64,000 nucleotides of DNA. It comes from Curvularia clavata. Lineage: Eukaryota. The notes beneath the pieces are model-generated. The model saw nothing but the letters and a program-made list of their open reading frames with translations, was not told where the DNA came from and made no database searches. Made by a program: the position numbers and the translations under genes. Below are positions 1-13,481 of the stretch, piece after piece (positions within the stretch are counted from its first letter, which is position 1; the number at the start of each line of letters is the position of its first letter). The stretch covers positions 2,480,001 through 2,544,000 of the forward strand of contig CP089275.1 of the NCBI GenBank assembly GCA_023920165.1. Direction: 5' to 3'.

Positions 1-2439
1 TAGCGATCTTTTAATTAGTTATTAACAACACTCTCTACGAATACCTTAGTGTCTTCACAATAGCTTACTTAGACGATATACTAGTATACTCTAAAAGAAC
101 GTTTAAAGAATATATTAAATATATTAAGAAAGTACTTAGAAAGCTTAAGAAATATAAGCTATATCTATAGCTAGAAAAATGCGAATGCTATACATAGGAA
201 ACAGAATTCCTTAGATTTATTATCTCAACTAAAAGAGTAAAAATAAACCTAAAAAAAGTATAGACTATATAGAATTAGAAAACGCCTAAAATAGTTAAGA
301 AAGTTTAGTCTTTTCTAGAACTTATAAACTATTACTAGAAGTTTATAGAAAATTATTTAAAAATTATAGCACCTCTTATAGAGATTATAAAAAAGGAAGT
401 AGATTTTAAATAGAAATAGAAATAATAGAAAGCTTTTAATAAGCTTAAGTAAACGTTTCTAGAGGCATCTATACTAGAGATATATAATCCTTAATAACTA
501 ACTAGACTTAAGACTAACGCGTCTAATTATATATTTAGAGCTATACTATTATAGCAGTGTCTAGATAAGAAATAGAGACTAGTATTCTATTATTTATAAA
601 AGTTTAATAAAATAGAGTTAAACTACAATATTCACAATAAAGAACTACTCGGAGTAGTCGATACCTTTAAATAATAGGAAGTATACCTATTAGAACTTCT
701 ATATATAATTAAAGTTTTTACTAATTACTAAAATCTAATAGGTTTTATAATAATAAAGAAACTTAACTAAAAATAAGTCTAATATACTAAAATATTAGCT
801 TAGTTTAACTTTAAAATCACGCATCAAGCAGGATCGCTTAATAGAGCTGCAGATACTCTAAACTAAAGATCTAATTTACATAGAAAAGGCTATAAAGAGC
901 TATACAATACAGTACTTAAGAGAATATCTAATAGCAGCTTAAAGTACAACTAGCCAGATCTAGCTAGATTAGCTAAGATAGCCAAGTAAGTAGAAACGTT
1001 GCAACAGCAATAGCAACAAAAAGCGAATAAATGGGTACTATTAGATAGACAAAAGGAACTTAACGGGCTACAGAACAAAGATAAGCCGCGGAATAAGAGT
1101 CGACCCTACGTACCCACGCACATAAGAAAAGATCTTATTAAAAAACTATATAAATTACGAGAATACAGATATACAAGTATCGACGAAATAGTTAGACAAC
1201 TAAATAAAACGTTTTATATGCCGCGCTTAAGGGCGTAGATATAGGAAATTATAGGCAACTATATAGCATATTACTAGAATAAGCCTAAAAAATATAAGCT
1301 CTATAGCCTATTACAACCCTTATCGCCACTAACGCGACTATAGAGTAGCATAACGATAGACTTTATAGTAAAGCTCCCGAAATCGTTAGAGCCAGAATTA
1401 GCTCGACTCTGCGATATAGTACTAGTAATCGTAGACCAATTGACCAAAGCAGTAAAATTCGTGCCCACGGAAGAAATAATTATAGCAGAGAAATGCGTGT
1501 ACAAAATTTCTGAAACACTAATATTAGAGTATAGAATACCTAAAGAATTTATAATAGATAGAAATAAGCTATTTATATCGAAATACTAGTTAACGTTCTT
1601 AGTAAAGATAGGAGTTAAGAAAAGACTATTAACTAGCTTCTATCTAGAAACCAACAGATAAATAGAACGAATAAACCAAACACTAGAATAGTATTTACAA
1701 TTTTACGCTAATAAGCTATAAGATAACTAGGTTAAACTCTTGCCGATAGTATAATTAGCCTACAACAGTTTAAGATTGGCGACGACAAAGTACTCGCTAT
1801 ACTACGCGAACTACGGATATAAGCCGGTTGCTTATCAAGATCTAAAAGATATTAAAAGTATTGCAGTTAAAATAGACGATAAAGCCCAACTAATACGCGA
1901 ATTGTATAAAGAATTAAGCAGGAATATTACTTATAGGAACCTTACGACGTCTAAAGCTGCAAATAAGCTAAAGATTAAAAGACTAACCTTTAAAAAGAGG
2001 GACAGAGTTTTCTTATTACGACAAAACTTAAAAACTAAACAACTAAGCAAGAAACTGGACAATCTCCAATTAGGACTATTTAAAATCCTAGAGAAAATAG
2101 GACCTGTAAACTATAAACTATAGCTACTACTAGACGTGCGTATACATAATGTTTTTTACAAAAAACTGCTAGAACCTACACCTCTAGAAGCTAAGCTAAT
2201 AAACGATATTAAGCTCGAAGACGACGAATATACAGTTAAAAAGATTAAGAACCTATAGAAAATAGACAGTTAGTAGAAGTACTTAATTAAGTAGGAAGGA
2301 TAGCTAGATAGCTATAATACTTAGAAACCTAAAGAAAACTTAACGAACTGCAGATTACTAGTACGTAAATACTATTAGAAACATCTACAGAAGCGAGAAT
2401 AGGATTCTCGTAGAAAAGGAAGAAATTAAGAGATAAAAA

Positions 2440-2942
2440 AGGTTGTAAGAAAAGAAGTAATTAGCCTATAACTAGCCTAGGTCAATCGATAGTCTAGATA
2501 GCGGTAGTTCGGTTATCGGAAAATCTATACTAGAGACAGAGCTCCCCTCAGCCTCCTCTTTCGCCTAATTCTGAAAAGATAAAATAGCATAATCTTGATT
2601 AGTAAATACTCGCTCTCGCTCCTCGACCTCTAAGAGCTCGCGACGGAGTCTCGCAGTCTGTTTCTCGGAACAAGCGAGCTCGAGACGCTTTTAACGCTTC
2701 TTAGCCTCTACCTTCTCCCACTCTTCTTCAGTTATAAACAAACTACACTCAGCCTTTATAGCAATACAACCAGTATACTGTCTAGACACCGTATCCACAA
2801 AGCAGCGAAGATTCTTCTTCTCACAGCGCTTACAGCGGAAAGTTATCTTTTTTCCCTAACGGCGAATCTTGTCAGAACGAGCCTAGCGACGTTAAGTCGA
2901 GGTCAACACGGGATCACGAGCGGAAGACGGAACCTTAGGTAT
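2440..2942 (-). pseudogene. Antisense accessory ORF of the Gypsy element: Zn2Cys6-like cluster plus coiled coil, RIP-mutated
   Basis: Minus frame from ATA (ex-ATG) at 2942 reads ...FRCKRCEKKNLRCFVDTVSRQ(Y)TGCIAIKAECSLFITEEEWEKVEAKKR*KRLELA... All in-frame stops are TAA/TAG. The 3' end is approximate. Confidence 0.7.
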
Positions 2943-3081
2943 GGTTAGGAAGGCATGGAGAAAGGAATGGCTACGAAACTATAGGGTTAGCTAGACCTTA
3001 TATACAACCCACGCCACGTAATGCGGCACAGCGAAACGATAATTTAGAGTATCGGGACGATACGTCTAAGAGAGGGGATAA

Positions 3082-3567
3082 TATTACAAGTAACAAGAAG
3101 GATTCTCTCCTTAATAAGAGACGACAAGGTTGAAGACCAACCACGTCTACATTAGAAGGTAATAACATTACGGGGCTCAGAGTCACGTGATATATACTCC
3201 CGCTAAGAATTCTACTTCTAGAGTACGGGTAGTCTTAGGAGAGTCATACTCCCATTACTCCTATAAGGAAGGGAGAACAGAGAGCATTAAATTAAAACAC
3301 GATAGATATAAGAATATATTAGATTTTATTATTATACTCGTTATAGTCAACTTATTAAGTATTCTTTTATAAGTTATTTTATACATAGATTAATACTTAG
3401 TTATTCTATCTTCTAATAGAATTAGTTTTGTCTATTTTTATTACTCCCTACCACCAAATCGCCAGACAACTACCTCACGGTATACTTCGTAGAAACTAGC
3501 CTCGCCCTAACCCAGAATCTAGGCTAGATAAGTATATTCCCACTAACAAGTAGGACCCCGTATAACA
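3082..3567 (+). repeat. 3' LTR of first Gypsy element
   Basis: Directly follows the PPT; ends are T(A/G)TTA...TAACA, i.e. TG..CA with a RIP-type change at the 5' end. Confidence 0.65.
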
Positions 3568-4618
3568 CTATACTAAACAATAGTATATAACTCGATAGTA
3601 TTAATTAAATTGTAAAACTTCTTAAAGACATACTTAGAAACCTATCTAGATTAGCCAAGCTATAAATAGTAAAGGAAAAGAGAAGTAAACTTATAGAATC
3701 GTACTTCTCCTTCTACTAGATATAATAAAGACACTTCTTAGAGGAATTAGACAGGTAGACGTAAGTAATATTAAACTAATGGCGCGCTAAGGCGCGGACA
3801 GCTCGCAGACAGATAAAGCGATACGCATCTAGCAGCGTACTAGACAGATAACGAAGAGGTATAGCGAAAACGAGTATATTAAATTATAACTAACTTATTT
3901 TAATTAAGAAGTATAAAGGAGAAAACTTAGCAGCGATACTATATTATTATTAATATATATACTAGAAAAATAAATAGTCTTAGCACACGTAATCTAGATA
4001 GCCGTTAGACCCTAACTATAAACGAATCGCCGGCGACTTAGAGCTCTAATCAAAGTGTCTAGGCCTATCTAGTAGGTAAAGGTAAACGGCCTAGCGGCTA
4101 GACAGTAAGACAGCAGCGCTACGTAAGTACTAGAATGGTTACTAAGGCTCAGACACAGAGGCTTAAGTAAAAAATATACACGGCCACAGAAGCTACACCA
4201 GAACTAAAGCATCCTATTACCTAGAGTAGCGCAGTATAGGGAAAATCTAGAGAAAATCAAAAACGAGAGACCCTATAGTATAGAAAAAAAAAATAATAAC
4301 TAGAATAGACAGCTATAGGACTAGCTATCTACTAGAAAAGGAGATAATATAACTATACATAGACTAAAATATACCCTAGCTAGGGCAGCTTATCAAGATC
4401 TAATTAAGAGCCAGGTTAGATCTAATAAAGATCCGCACCTAGATATAAGTACTAGATACCTTCTATAGATATTTAGTAGATTTTTAATATCTTTTCGTAC
4501 TAGGCCTATAAGTGTCTACCGAATCTAAAGTGTTTCCGCTGTCCCACGCACTTCCATATGCATTCGAGTGACACTTCCCACCAGAACCGATTCGACTAGT
4601 CTTGCTCGCGCCGTTACA
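3568..4618 (+). mobile_element. 3' end of a second Gypsy element (antisense Cys-rich remnant, PPT, ~270-bp LTR at 4348-4618)
   Basis: PPT-like AGAAAAGGAGATAA just before 4348; LTR ends T(A/G)TAAC...GTTACA; RIP-like TA enrichment. Confidence 0.55.
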
Positions 4619-5236
4619 TACTTAGTAAAATACTTAGTATTCTTTCCTAAAGCTTAATTTATAAAGTTTTTATATTATAATAGTAACTAAAATAATTTAG
4701 CTTGATTGGAACTGATTTAGATATTTTTAGACCTCTCTAACCTTTTCTAGTTTTTTTTTATTATTTAAATTCTAATATTTTACAGTGCATATTTTAAGTA
4801 TATAACTATCTATTATAGATGTTTAGAGTATTTTCTTTTCAACCTTTAAGTACTTTCTATTATATTTTTCTTATATAAAGTTCTATCTATATATTTTATA
4901 ATTTTGAATAGTATATAATATGACTTGAAGCTTATTTTAGATTTATAGAGGTTAATCTGAATTATATCCAAGTATACTAGATAATACTTTATTTTTATTA
5001 CTATAATAAATATATTCTAGATTTTAGTTTTCTTTTTTTTATTTATGATTTTTATAGTCATTTCTATAATACTATAAATATTGAATTCTATACTAATTAG
5101 AGCTTCTACTACTAAATTTAGCATGAAAAATATTACTAAATTTTAATGTTTAGCTTAGTAGATTAAGAATAGATATAGTTAGGACTTTCTATCTCCTAGT
5201 ACTTTGAATAGACTTTAGCTAATTCATACTATTATA

Positions 5237-6578
5237 CAGATGGGGTTCATAAAAAAAAAGTACTAAAAAAGGTAGTTTTTTAGAACGACTATAACTCGGT
5301 CAATAAAACAGCTAAAGATATAAAAGATACTGTTTTATATATGGATTAGTCGGCTGTTTCAATCTAGCATTCTAGAAATAGCTTAGTAAGCATATATAAA
5401 AAACAATAACTTGTTTAAGTAGAGTAAAAAAAATATATAAAATAAAAGCTACTTTTTCGCGCTTAAATGTTTTAATATTCATAGTTTCTCGTATATAAAT
5501 ATAGTATGTCCATATATATATATATATATAATATATTTTTTATAGCTATGGTTATCTATCTAAATATATAGTTATATATGATTATAAATTTTGGCACTAG
5601 CTCACGTAACTGGTAGCTTAGTTAGCTATTAGTCAGCTTATAGTATATATAGACAACTTTCAATCACAACCCACTGAGATCTGTATTTCCCCACTATGAA
5701 TCCACATTTTTCAAAATTCGAACGTCAAATCAAACCGTTTTTAGACGCCCAAACACCAATTAAAAATATCATAAATTACTTTAAAAAAAACCCACGATCT
5801 ATTTATAACGCTATTTATCGAGTTAAAAAAAAATTAAAAGCTATTAGTCAGCAAGAAAGAGCTAGTATTGGCAGAATTCCAAAAGTGTCTTCTAAGGCTA
5901 AAAGAGCTATTAATAGAGATATTATTAGAAGCCCAAAAAAGACAAATAAAAGATTATTACAACACAATAATCTAAATATTTCTTTTAGTACACTTAAAAG
6001 AGTATTAAAAGAAGAAGGCTGGGTAATAAGTATTTGTTCAAAAAAACAGATATTAAATAAAGAAAAAGCTAAAAAAAGACTAGCTTATTGTAAAAGACAG
6101 CTGACTAATCTGAGTAATATAGATTTTACTAAGATTGTATTCTCGGACGAGTCTGGGATTGAGCGTGGGCATGGATCTAGAGCTGAATTCTCTAGAAATC
6201 GCGCAAAAAAACGACAAAATCCAAAAATATATTCTACAAAAAATACAAGTACGTTTAAAAATATTCCTGAAAAGTCAAGATATAGTACCATATATATATA
6301 ACTATATATTTATTGTATATTGTATATATCTAGCTGACTAAGCCAATTTTTAGCCCATGATATAACTATCCATATTTGGGGAGCTATTTGGATAGGTGGA
6401 AGATCCGATCTAGTGGTTATAAAGACACCAAATAGTGTGATTAGTCATCGAAATCACCACTATATAAGAAAATGTCTAATACCCCGTATAAAGCCAAAGT
6501 TAAAAGCTGGTAAGTTATATATATTATTTTACTAGTTATTTATGTATATATATATATATATATATATTATCTTACTAG

Positions 6579-6611
<33 letters not shown>

Positions 6612-7377
6612 TAACTAGCTGGTTATAGTTTACTAATATATATATATTTAGGCTGGCAGTTCTGATAAGATAACGCTAAAATCCATAAAGCTAGAAACGT
6701 TCTGGACTGGTTTAGGCGCTATTATATTAAGATTTTTGAATATCCAGCGTATAGTCCGGATTTAAATCCAATAGAAAGCGTATGGAGCTTGCTTAAGAAT
6801 TAGCTTACTAACCTGCCAGCTAGTAGTCTTGTTATAGTTAATAACCAGCAAAGTATTAATACCTTTATTAATACTATATTAGCAGAGTGGTATAAAATGC
6901 CGTAAAAAGATATAGACAACTGTATTTTATCTATACTAAAATGCTATAATAGAGTAGCAGAAGCTAAGGGCTGGTATACGAAATATTAGATAGTAATCTA
7001 TAGTTACTATCCAATATAAATACTGAAATATAACATATATATTTATCTAGTAATTTAGTTAGATGCCTATAGCTCTAAAAACTATATATAATATATATAT
7101 ATAGTTGTATTATATGTATATACTAAAAACTATAAAAACTAAAATATTCAAGCGTGAAAAAGTTGCTTTTATTTTGCTTTTTTTCTTCACTCTACTTAGA
7201 CAATTTATCGTATTTTATACATGCTTACTAAGCTACATCTAAAATCCTAGATGAAAACTGCTTACCAATCCCTATACAAAACAGTATCTCTTTTAATTTT
7301 AGCTATTTCATTGGCCGAGTTATCGTCGTTCTAAAACTATTACTTTTTTAGTACTTTTTTTTTATCAACCCCCGCTA
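5237..7377 (+). mobile_element. Tc1-type DNA transposon copy 1 (long TIRs, TA flanks)
   Basis: TA|CAGATGGGGTTCATAAAA...TTTTATCAACCCCCGCTA|TA; imperfect TIR of about 300 bp; internal transposase. Confidence 0.9.
5696..6989 (+). pseudogene. Tc1 DD34E transposase, 3 exons, with stops in exon 3
   Basis: HTH-like N-terminus; FSDES, WGAIW, DNA..H and SPDLNPIE motifs; GTACGT and GTAAGT donors; several premature stops in exon 3. Confidence 0.85.
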
Positions 7378-8497
7378 TAGTATAATGATTTTAGAACTAA
7401 ATCTAAACTAATATAAATAGATATATCTAGTTATATATCTAAATTAATAGAAGAAAAATTCATAACTATTTTTCTATTACTATGAATTTAGAAATATAGA
7501 ACTACATAATTAGAATGAAGTATTTAAAATATTTCTGGTTTAAACTTAATACAAACTAGAACTAAATTATATAGCTAGCAAGATACTTTCTAATCTATAA
7601 TTTTATATATCTTATTCTTATATTGTTAAGATAATTCTCTATTAGTATTAATATAGAATAGGATATATAGAGGCGGGATATACTATAATAAAAAATAAAT
7701 ACTAGAAATAAAATAGTTCTTATAAAGCTCTCACATAAAGAATTAGAAGATACTTTAATCTTTTTTCAAATTTATCTGCTACTACTTATCTCTCACTCTA
7801 TTCTACATTCTATCTAATTAATATCTTTACTCTATATTACTATTATTTTACTAAATACTTTCTATTATTCTATAAAATAGAACAAAAATGAATTTTTTAT
7901 GATAAATATTTATAGAATTAATTATATCTTAGAAAAGCGTTTAAAACTAGCTAATTCTGAAAATACTAAACTTATTTAGAACTAAGTTCGATCTATTTAC
8001 TATTTATACCGCAGTATTTTGAGTAAAATAGTAGTAAAGCTACTATCTAAATATTGCTTCTATAATTATAAAATTATACTAACTAAACTTCTTTTAAATT
8101 AATTTACTTCTTTATATAAGTAGAGTGCTAAAAAATTTAAAGCTACTAAAATAGTTAAGATAACAAACGTTAGAAAAGAATATATTAATGTAAATAACAA
8201 TCTTTTTATCTCTCTAGTTCCTTATATTTATAAGCTAAATAGAGATATCTAAATTTATATTTATCATTATAGAATTAATATAATTACAGGAAAAGATACA
8301 CATCTAATACTATATATTAACAAGCTTCTAGTCTATACTTATAAAGTAAAGATTTTTACTAAGCTTGATATATATATAGTTTTTAGTAGAATCTAAATAT
8401 ATTCTAACTCTAAAAAATATACTTCATTATACACCAGATATTAAACTTATAAGTCTAAAGTATTATCTTTCAAATTATATAATAGCCCTATGATATA

Positions 8498-10606
8498 CAG
8501 TGGGGTGACACGAAAAAAGATCACAAGGAAAAATAGCATTTTTCACTAGGCTATATCTTAGCTAATAAAATAGCTAAAAACATAAAAGCTTAAGATTTGT
8601 ATAGAGAATTACCAGCTCTTCCAGTCTATAATCTAAAAAGAAGCTTAGTAAGTATATAGCTCTTAGAAAGAAATGCTGAACTAGAGAGAAAAAAAAACGT
8701 CAACTTTGCACGTATTTTTCGCGCTGATATTTGTTATTTTATATAGCTATCTATATATAGATATATACTATTAGTATTTATATATAATATATATAGCTTT
8801 AAGCTATAGTTGTCTATCTAGTTAAATAGCTATATGAGATTTGAAATTTTGGCACTAGCTTACATAAGCACTAGCTTAGTCAGCCATTAGTAATCAACTA
8901 GTATATAACTATAGCTTTTCATTTCTAGCAACTTAAAACTGTATTCCCCACACAATGGAGCCACAACTGTCGAATTTCGAACGCCAAATCAAACCGTTTT
9001 TAGACGCTAATACACCTATAAAAAATATAATAAATTACTTTCAAAAAAATCCACGGTCTATATATAACGCTATAGCTCGAATAAAACGAAAATATAAGAC
9101 TATTAGTGAGCCAAAAAGAGCTAGTTTAGGCAGAATACCAAAGACAACTACTAGAGCTATAAGAGCGTTAAATAGAGATATAACGCGAAGTCTAAAAAAG
9201 CAAAAAAAAAGATTATTAAACGAAAATAATCTAGAAATATCTAATAGAACTCTTCAAAGAGTTTTAAAAGCTGAGGGTTGGACTATAACAACTAGTTAAA
9301 AAAAGCTAATTTTAAACGCTAAAAAAGCTAAAAAACGGCTATTGTACGCTTAAACTACGCTTAAAAAGTTTAGTAATATTAACTTTAACAAGATTATATT
9401 TTCTGACGAGTCTGGAATCCAGCGTGGATATGGATCTCGAGCCGAATTTTCTCGAAATAGGCCAAAATACCACCAAAATCCAAAAATATACTCTACTAAA
9501 AATACAAGTACGTTTAAAAATATTTCTAATAAGCCAAAATATAGTTATATATATTTATAACTATATATATATATTATAATTTATATATCTAGCTGACTAA
9601 GCCAATTTTTAGCCCATGATATAACTATCCAAGTTTGGGGAGCTATTTGGATAGGTGGCAGATCCGATCTAGTGGTTATTAAAACGCCAAATAGCGTAGT
9701 AAAACATCGAAATCACCACTATATTAGAAAATGTCTAATACCATATATAAAACCGAATATAAAACGCGGTAAGTTCTGCTATATATTTTTACTTATATAT
9801 ATATATATATCTAAATATATAAATATATATATATAAGTCTAACTATACAGTTATAGTTAGCTAATCCATATCTATTTAGGCTGGAAATTCCAACAAGATA
9901 ACGCAACAATCCACAAAGCTAGAAACGTTTTAGACTGGTTTAAGCGTCATAAGATTACACTTTTCGACCATCCAGCGTATAGCCCAGATCTAAATCCAAT
10001 AGAAAACGTATGGAGCTTACTTAAATATCGGCTTACTAAGCTGCCAAGCTCTAGTCTTAGTACTGGCGCTAGTGAGACTAGTATAAATACGTTTATTACA
10101 GCTGTTCACCAAGAGTGGCATAAAATACCACAAAAAGACATAGATAGCTGTATTTTATCTATGCCCAAACGCTATAATAGAGTAGTGGAAGCTAAGGGCT
10201 GGTATACAAAATATTAGATAGTAATTTACTATTATTATCTTATATATTTACTAAAATATAAGTTATATATATATCTTCTAATTTAGATAAATAACTATAG
10301 CTATAAAAAATATATATTATATATAAATACTAATAGTATATATCTATATATAGATAGCTATATAAATTGCAAGATCTCAGCGCGAAAAATACGTGTAAAG
10401 TTGACGATTTTTTTTCTCACTAGTTTAGCTTTGTTTTATAAGAGCTATTTACTTACTAAACTTTTTTTTAGATTATAGACTAGAAGAGCTGGTAATTCTC
10501 TATACAAATCTTAAGCTGTTATATTTTTAGCTATTTTATTAGCTAAGATATAGCCTAGTGAAAAATGCTATTTTTCCTTGTGATCTTTTTTCGTGTCACC
10601 CCACTG
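8498..10606 (+). mobile_element. Tc1-type DNA transposon copy 2, inserted in Gypsy RT
   Basis: TA|CAGTGGGGTGACACGAAAAAAGATCACAAGG...CCTTGTGATCTTTTTTCGTGTCACCCCACTG|TA; TIR similarity extends ~320 bp. Confidence 0.95.
8955..10217 (+). pseudogene. Tc1 DD34E transposase; introns 9508-9612 and 9769-9879; two premature stops in exon 1
   Basis: Spliced frame gives FSDESG...WGAIWIGG...FQQDNA-(34 aa)-E; TAA at 9297 (CAA in copy 3) and at ~9351. Confidence 0.9.
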
Positions 10607-13481
10607 TATTAATATTGTATAAATAACATATAAATTAATTATCTGTATAGCTTCTATATAATCTACTTAGATGATATTTTAATCTACTCTAAATTAGAAC
10701 TAGACTACTTTTACTATATATAAAAGATTTTAGAAAGACTTATATAGACAAAACTCTAAATTAATATTGAAAAGAGTAAATTTTATATTATTTAGACCGA
10801 ATATCTTGAACATATCTTAACTAACTAAAATCCAGAAATAGACTCTAATAAGATAAAAGCTCTTTAAAACTAGATCTAACCTAGCACTATTACTAGTATA
10901 AAACCATTTCTAGAGTATACTAAATTCCACTAGTAATTTATCTTTAAGTATTCATAAATTATAAAGTTTTTTCATTACTTCTTAAAGTCTCTGAAAACTA
11001 TTTATCTAGATTTTAGAATATATCTAAATTTTTAAAAAATTAAAACCTATACTACTAGTAAATTCTATTTTGCACTACCACTATTCAAAATATAATACTA
11101 TAATAGAGACTAATATATCTAATAGCATTATAGTAGATATTCTTTTCTAAAAATAGCTAAATAGAAATTAGTATTCTATAGTATTCATTAGTAAATTCTT
11201 ATCTAAGTCTAAACTAAATTAGAAAATATATAATAAAAAACTATTTACTATTAAAATAGCGTTTAGTAATTGATAATATAAGCTATTATGAGTACGTTCT
11301 TATATTAATATATATTTAAACCACTATTCTCTAGAATACGTTATAAATACTAAAGTGCTAAATATTTACTAAATATAAAAGATAGAAGAATTAGTATTTT
11401 TAATTTCTATATTTAATATACTTTCATAAAAAATAACATCTATATTGATATTCTTTTTTATAAGAGTAAGATATGGAAAATTTAACAATAGTCTAAATTG
11501 ATAACTTTTTGTATGTTCTTTTAGAATTATACTGATTTAATAATTAGATTAACTCTAAACTTACTAAAATCTTTATAGTCTAACTCTAAATAGAATTTTT
11601 CTCTTTCCTTATAGTTGAATCTATATTAAAGCTAATATCTTCTAACTTATTAGAGCTAATCAAGTCTATTCTATAAAAATACTAAACTTTATTTAGATTA
11701 GAGTAAAAGTCTTCTTTAAATATATATTAGATTAAAAATAAAACTTCTATTCTACTCTAACAATTTATATATTCTTTCTATTTCTATTCTTATAATCTAT
11801 CTTATTTAAGAAGTATATAACTAGATATTCTTAGTATACTTTAGTATAAAGAAGATTTACTAACTACTATTCTAGAAGTCCTACTAAAAAAATATGGAAT
11901 CTATCTATAAAGAAAATATATAGAATTATATAGCTTATAGAAAAATATATTCGAGATAAATCTGAATTCCGGAATTAATTTATTCTCTACTAATTTCTAA
12001 CTAGCTAATATAGTATCTATATATTGATTTTTAGAAATTTCTCCAAAACTAATCTAATTATAATATAATTATAGTCGTAATTAACTAGTTATCTAAATAG
12101 ACTATCTTTATTCTATACTACAAAACTATCAATATAAGAAAAATAGCTAATATATTTATTTAATAAATATACTAATTTAGATATATATCTAGAACTAGAG
12201 TTTCTAATCAAAAACTATAGTTTATTTTTAGCTTTTAGTTAGAATTCTACTAAATCTTAGATATTAAAGTTAAGCTATTAACTATTAACTATAAAAAAAT
12301 AGATATTTAGATAGAGATTATAAATAAATATATTAATGAGAAATTGTATCTTATTATGTTCCACTAGTGAGATAACTAGGGTAGACTTCTACTCTTAATT
12401 AATTATACTTAAAATTTTCTGCTATGTTCTATATAGTTTTAAACTCTAGTAGAGTTAGAACTAGAAATATTTTACTAGCCTTCTTACTTCTACTAATAAA
12501 TTTAACTATAAGAATATAATAGAAATAGCTACTTATGAATATAAGATATAGAAAATAGCTAAAAAATAAATAGAGAAAGCCTAGAATAAGTTAAAAACTA
12601 TAGTTAACTACTATTGTTATTTTATTAACTAAAATATAGAAGATATAGTCTTTCTAAATATCTAGAATCTCATATTAGACTATCTAGATAGAAAACTATT
12701 TATTAAATATAAAAGGTTCCTTAGAGTACTTAAAAAGATATAATGTTTATACCACTTAGACCTTCTAAAAAAATTCTAGATCATTCATATTTTTATTCTA
12801 GATCTACTATATAAAAAATTTTGAATTTTCTTTTAGAATAAGAATTTCTAAAGTCTTTAGCTACTTCTACCTAAAGTATAGAAGAATAAGAAGTAGAAGG
12901 AATTTTAGTAAGTAAGCTATACTACTCAGATCTAAGATACTAAGTATAGTAGGTTAGATATAATCTAAACTTTATCTAGTACTTATCTTTAAACTTTATA
13001 AAAGCTCTATATAAGCTTAAGCTCTTCTATAAATAATACCCTACTAAGCTATGATTTCTATACTTCTTTAGTAAATAGATTATAATATAGAAATCGAGTA
13101 TAGAAAATATAACTTTACTTCAAAATATGAAAATTTAGAGAAAAAAAAAAGAAACTTTATTTACTATTAGTAATAAAAAAAATTTAGATCTAAATTCTAT
13201 AATTACTAGTAAACTGCTAAAATGTTACTTTACTTAAAGTTTAATATTAAAAAATTCCAGTTTAGTGTTAGCTATTTTCTAGTTAACTATATTTTTACTT
13301 TTCTTAGAGAAAGATAAACTAGACTATTTCTTTAACTTCTTAACTTAATAGCTAATCTAGACGCTATTCTAAGCTAATTTTATTTCAAAACGCAAAAGGC
13401 GCCTTTCTATATCTTGAACTACAAATATTAACTAATTTTAAAATACTATCTTAGAAATCTGTTAATATCTAGTTCAAAGTA

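Larger units (their letters stand above)
1..3567 (+). mobile_element. Gypsy (chromovirus-type) LTR retrotransposon, 3' part, RIP-inactivated (RT-RNaseH-integrase-chromodomain, PPT, 3' LTR)
   Basis: RT motif AYLDDILVYS from 63; RNaseH-like segment ~500-800; integrase remnants ~1100-1800 with a GPY/F-like 'LGLFKILEKIGPVNYKL' (ORF 1776-2123); chromodomain-like 'DDEYTVKKI...YLIK*EG' ~2220-2350. Many TAG/TAA stops fit RIP. PPT-like AAGAGAGGGGATAA at 3068-3081. Confidence 0.9.
4619..13479 (+). mobile_element. Third, very heavily RIP-degenerated Gypsy gag-pol, interrupted by two Tc1 elements
   Basis: RT YLDDILIYS at 10664; the RT sequence resumes across the Tc1 insertion at 8498-10606; RNaseH/integrase remnants ~11050-12500; chromodomain-like 'EE*EVEGILVSKL' ~12880. 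Boundaries are approximate. Confidence 0.7.

Noticed and set aside
3187..3372. Short ORFs in the AT block as effector candidates (also 15196-15387 and 18986-19186)
   Set aside because: They lie in LTR, TIR or repeat-like sequence, and their hydrophobicity reflects AT bias.
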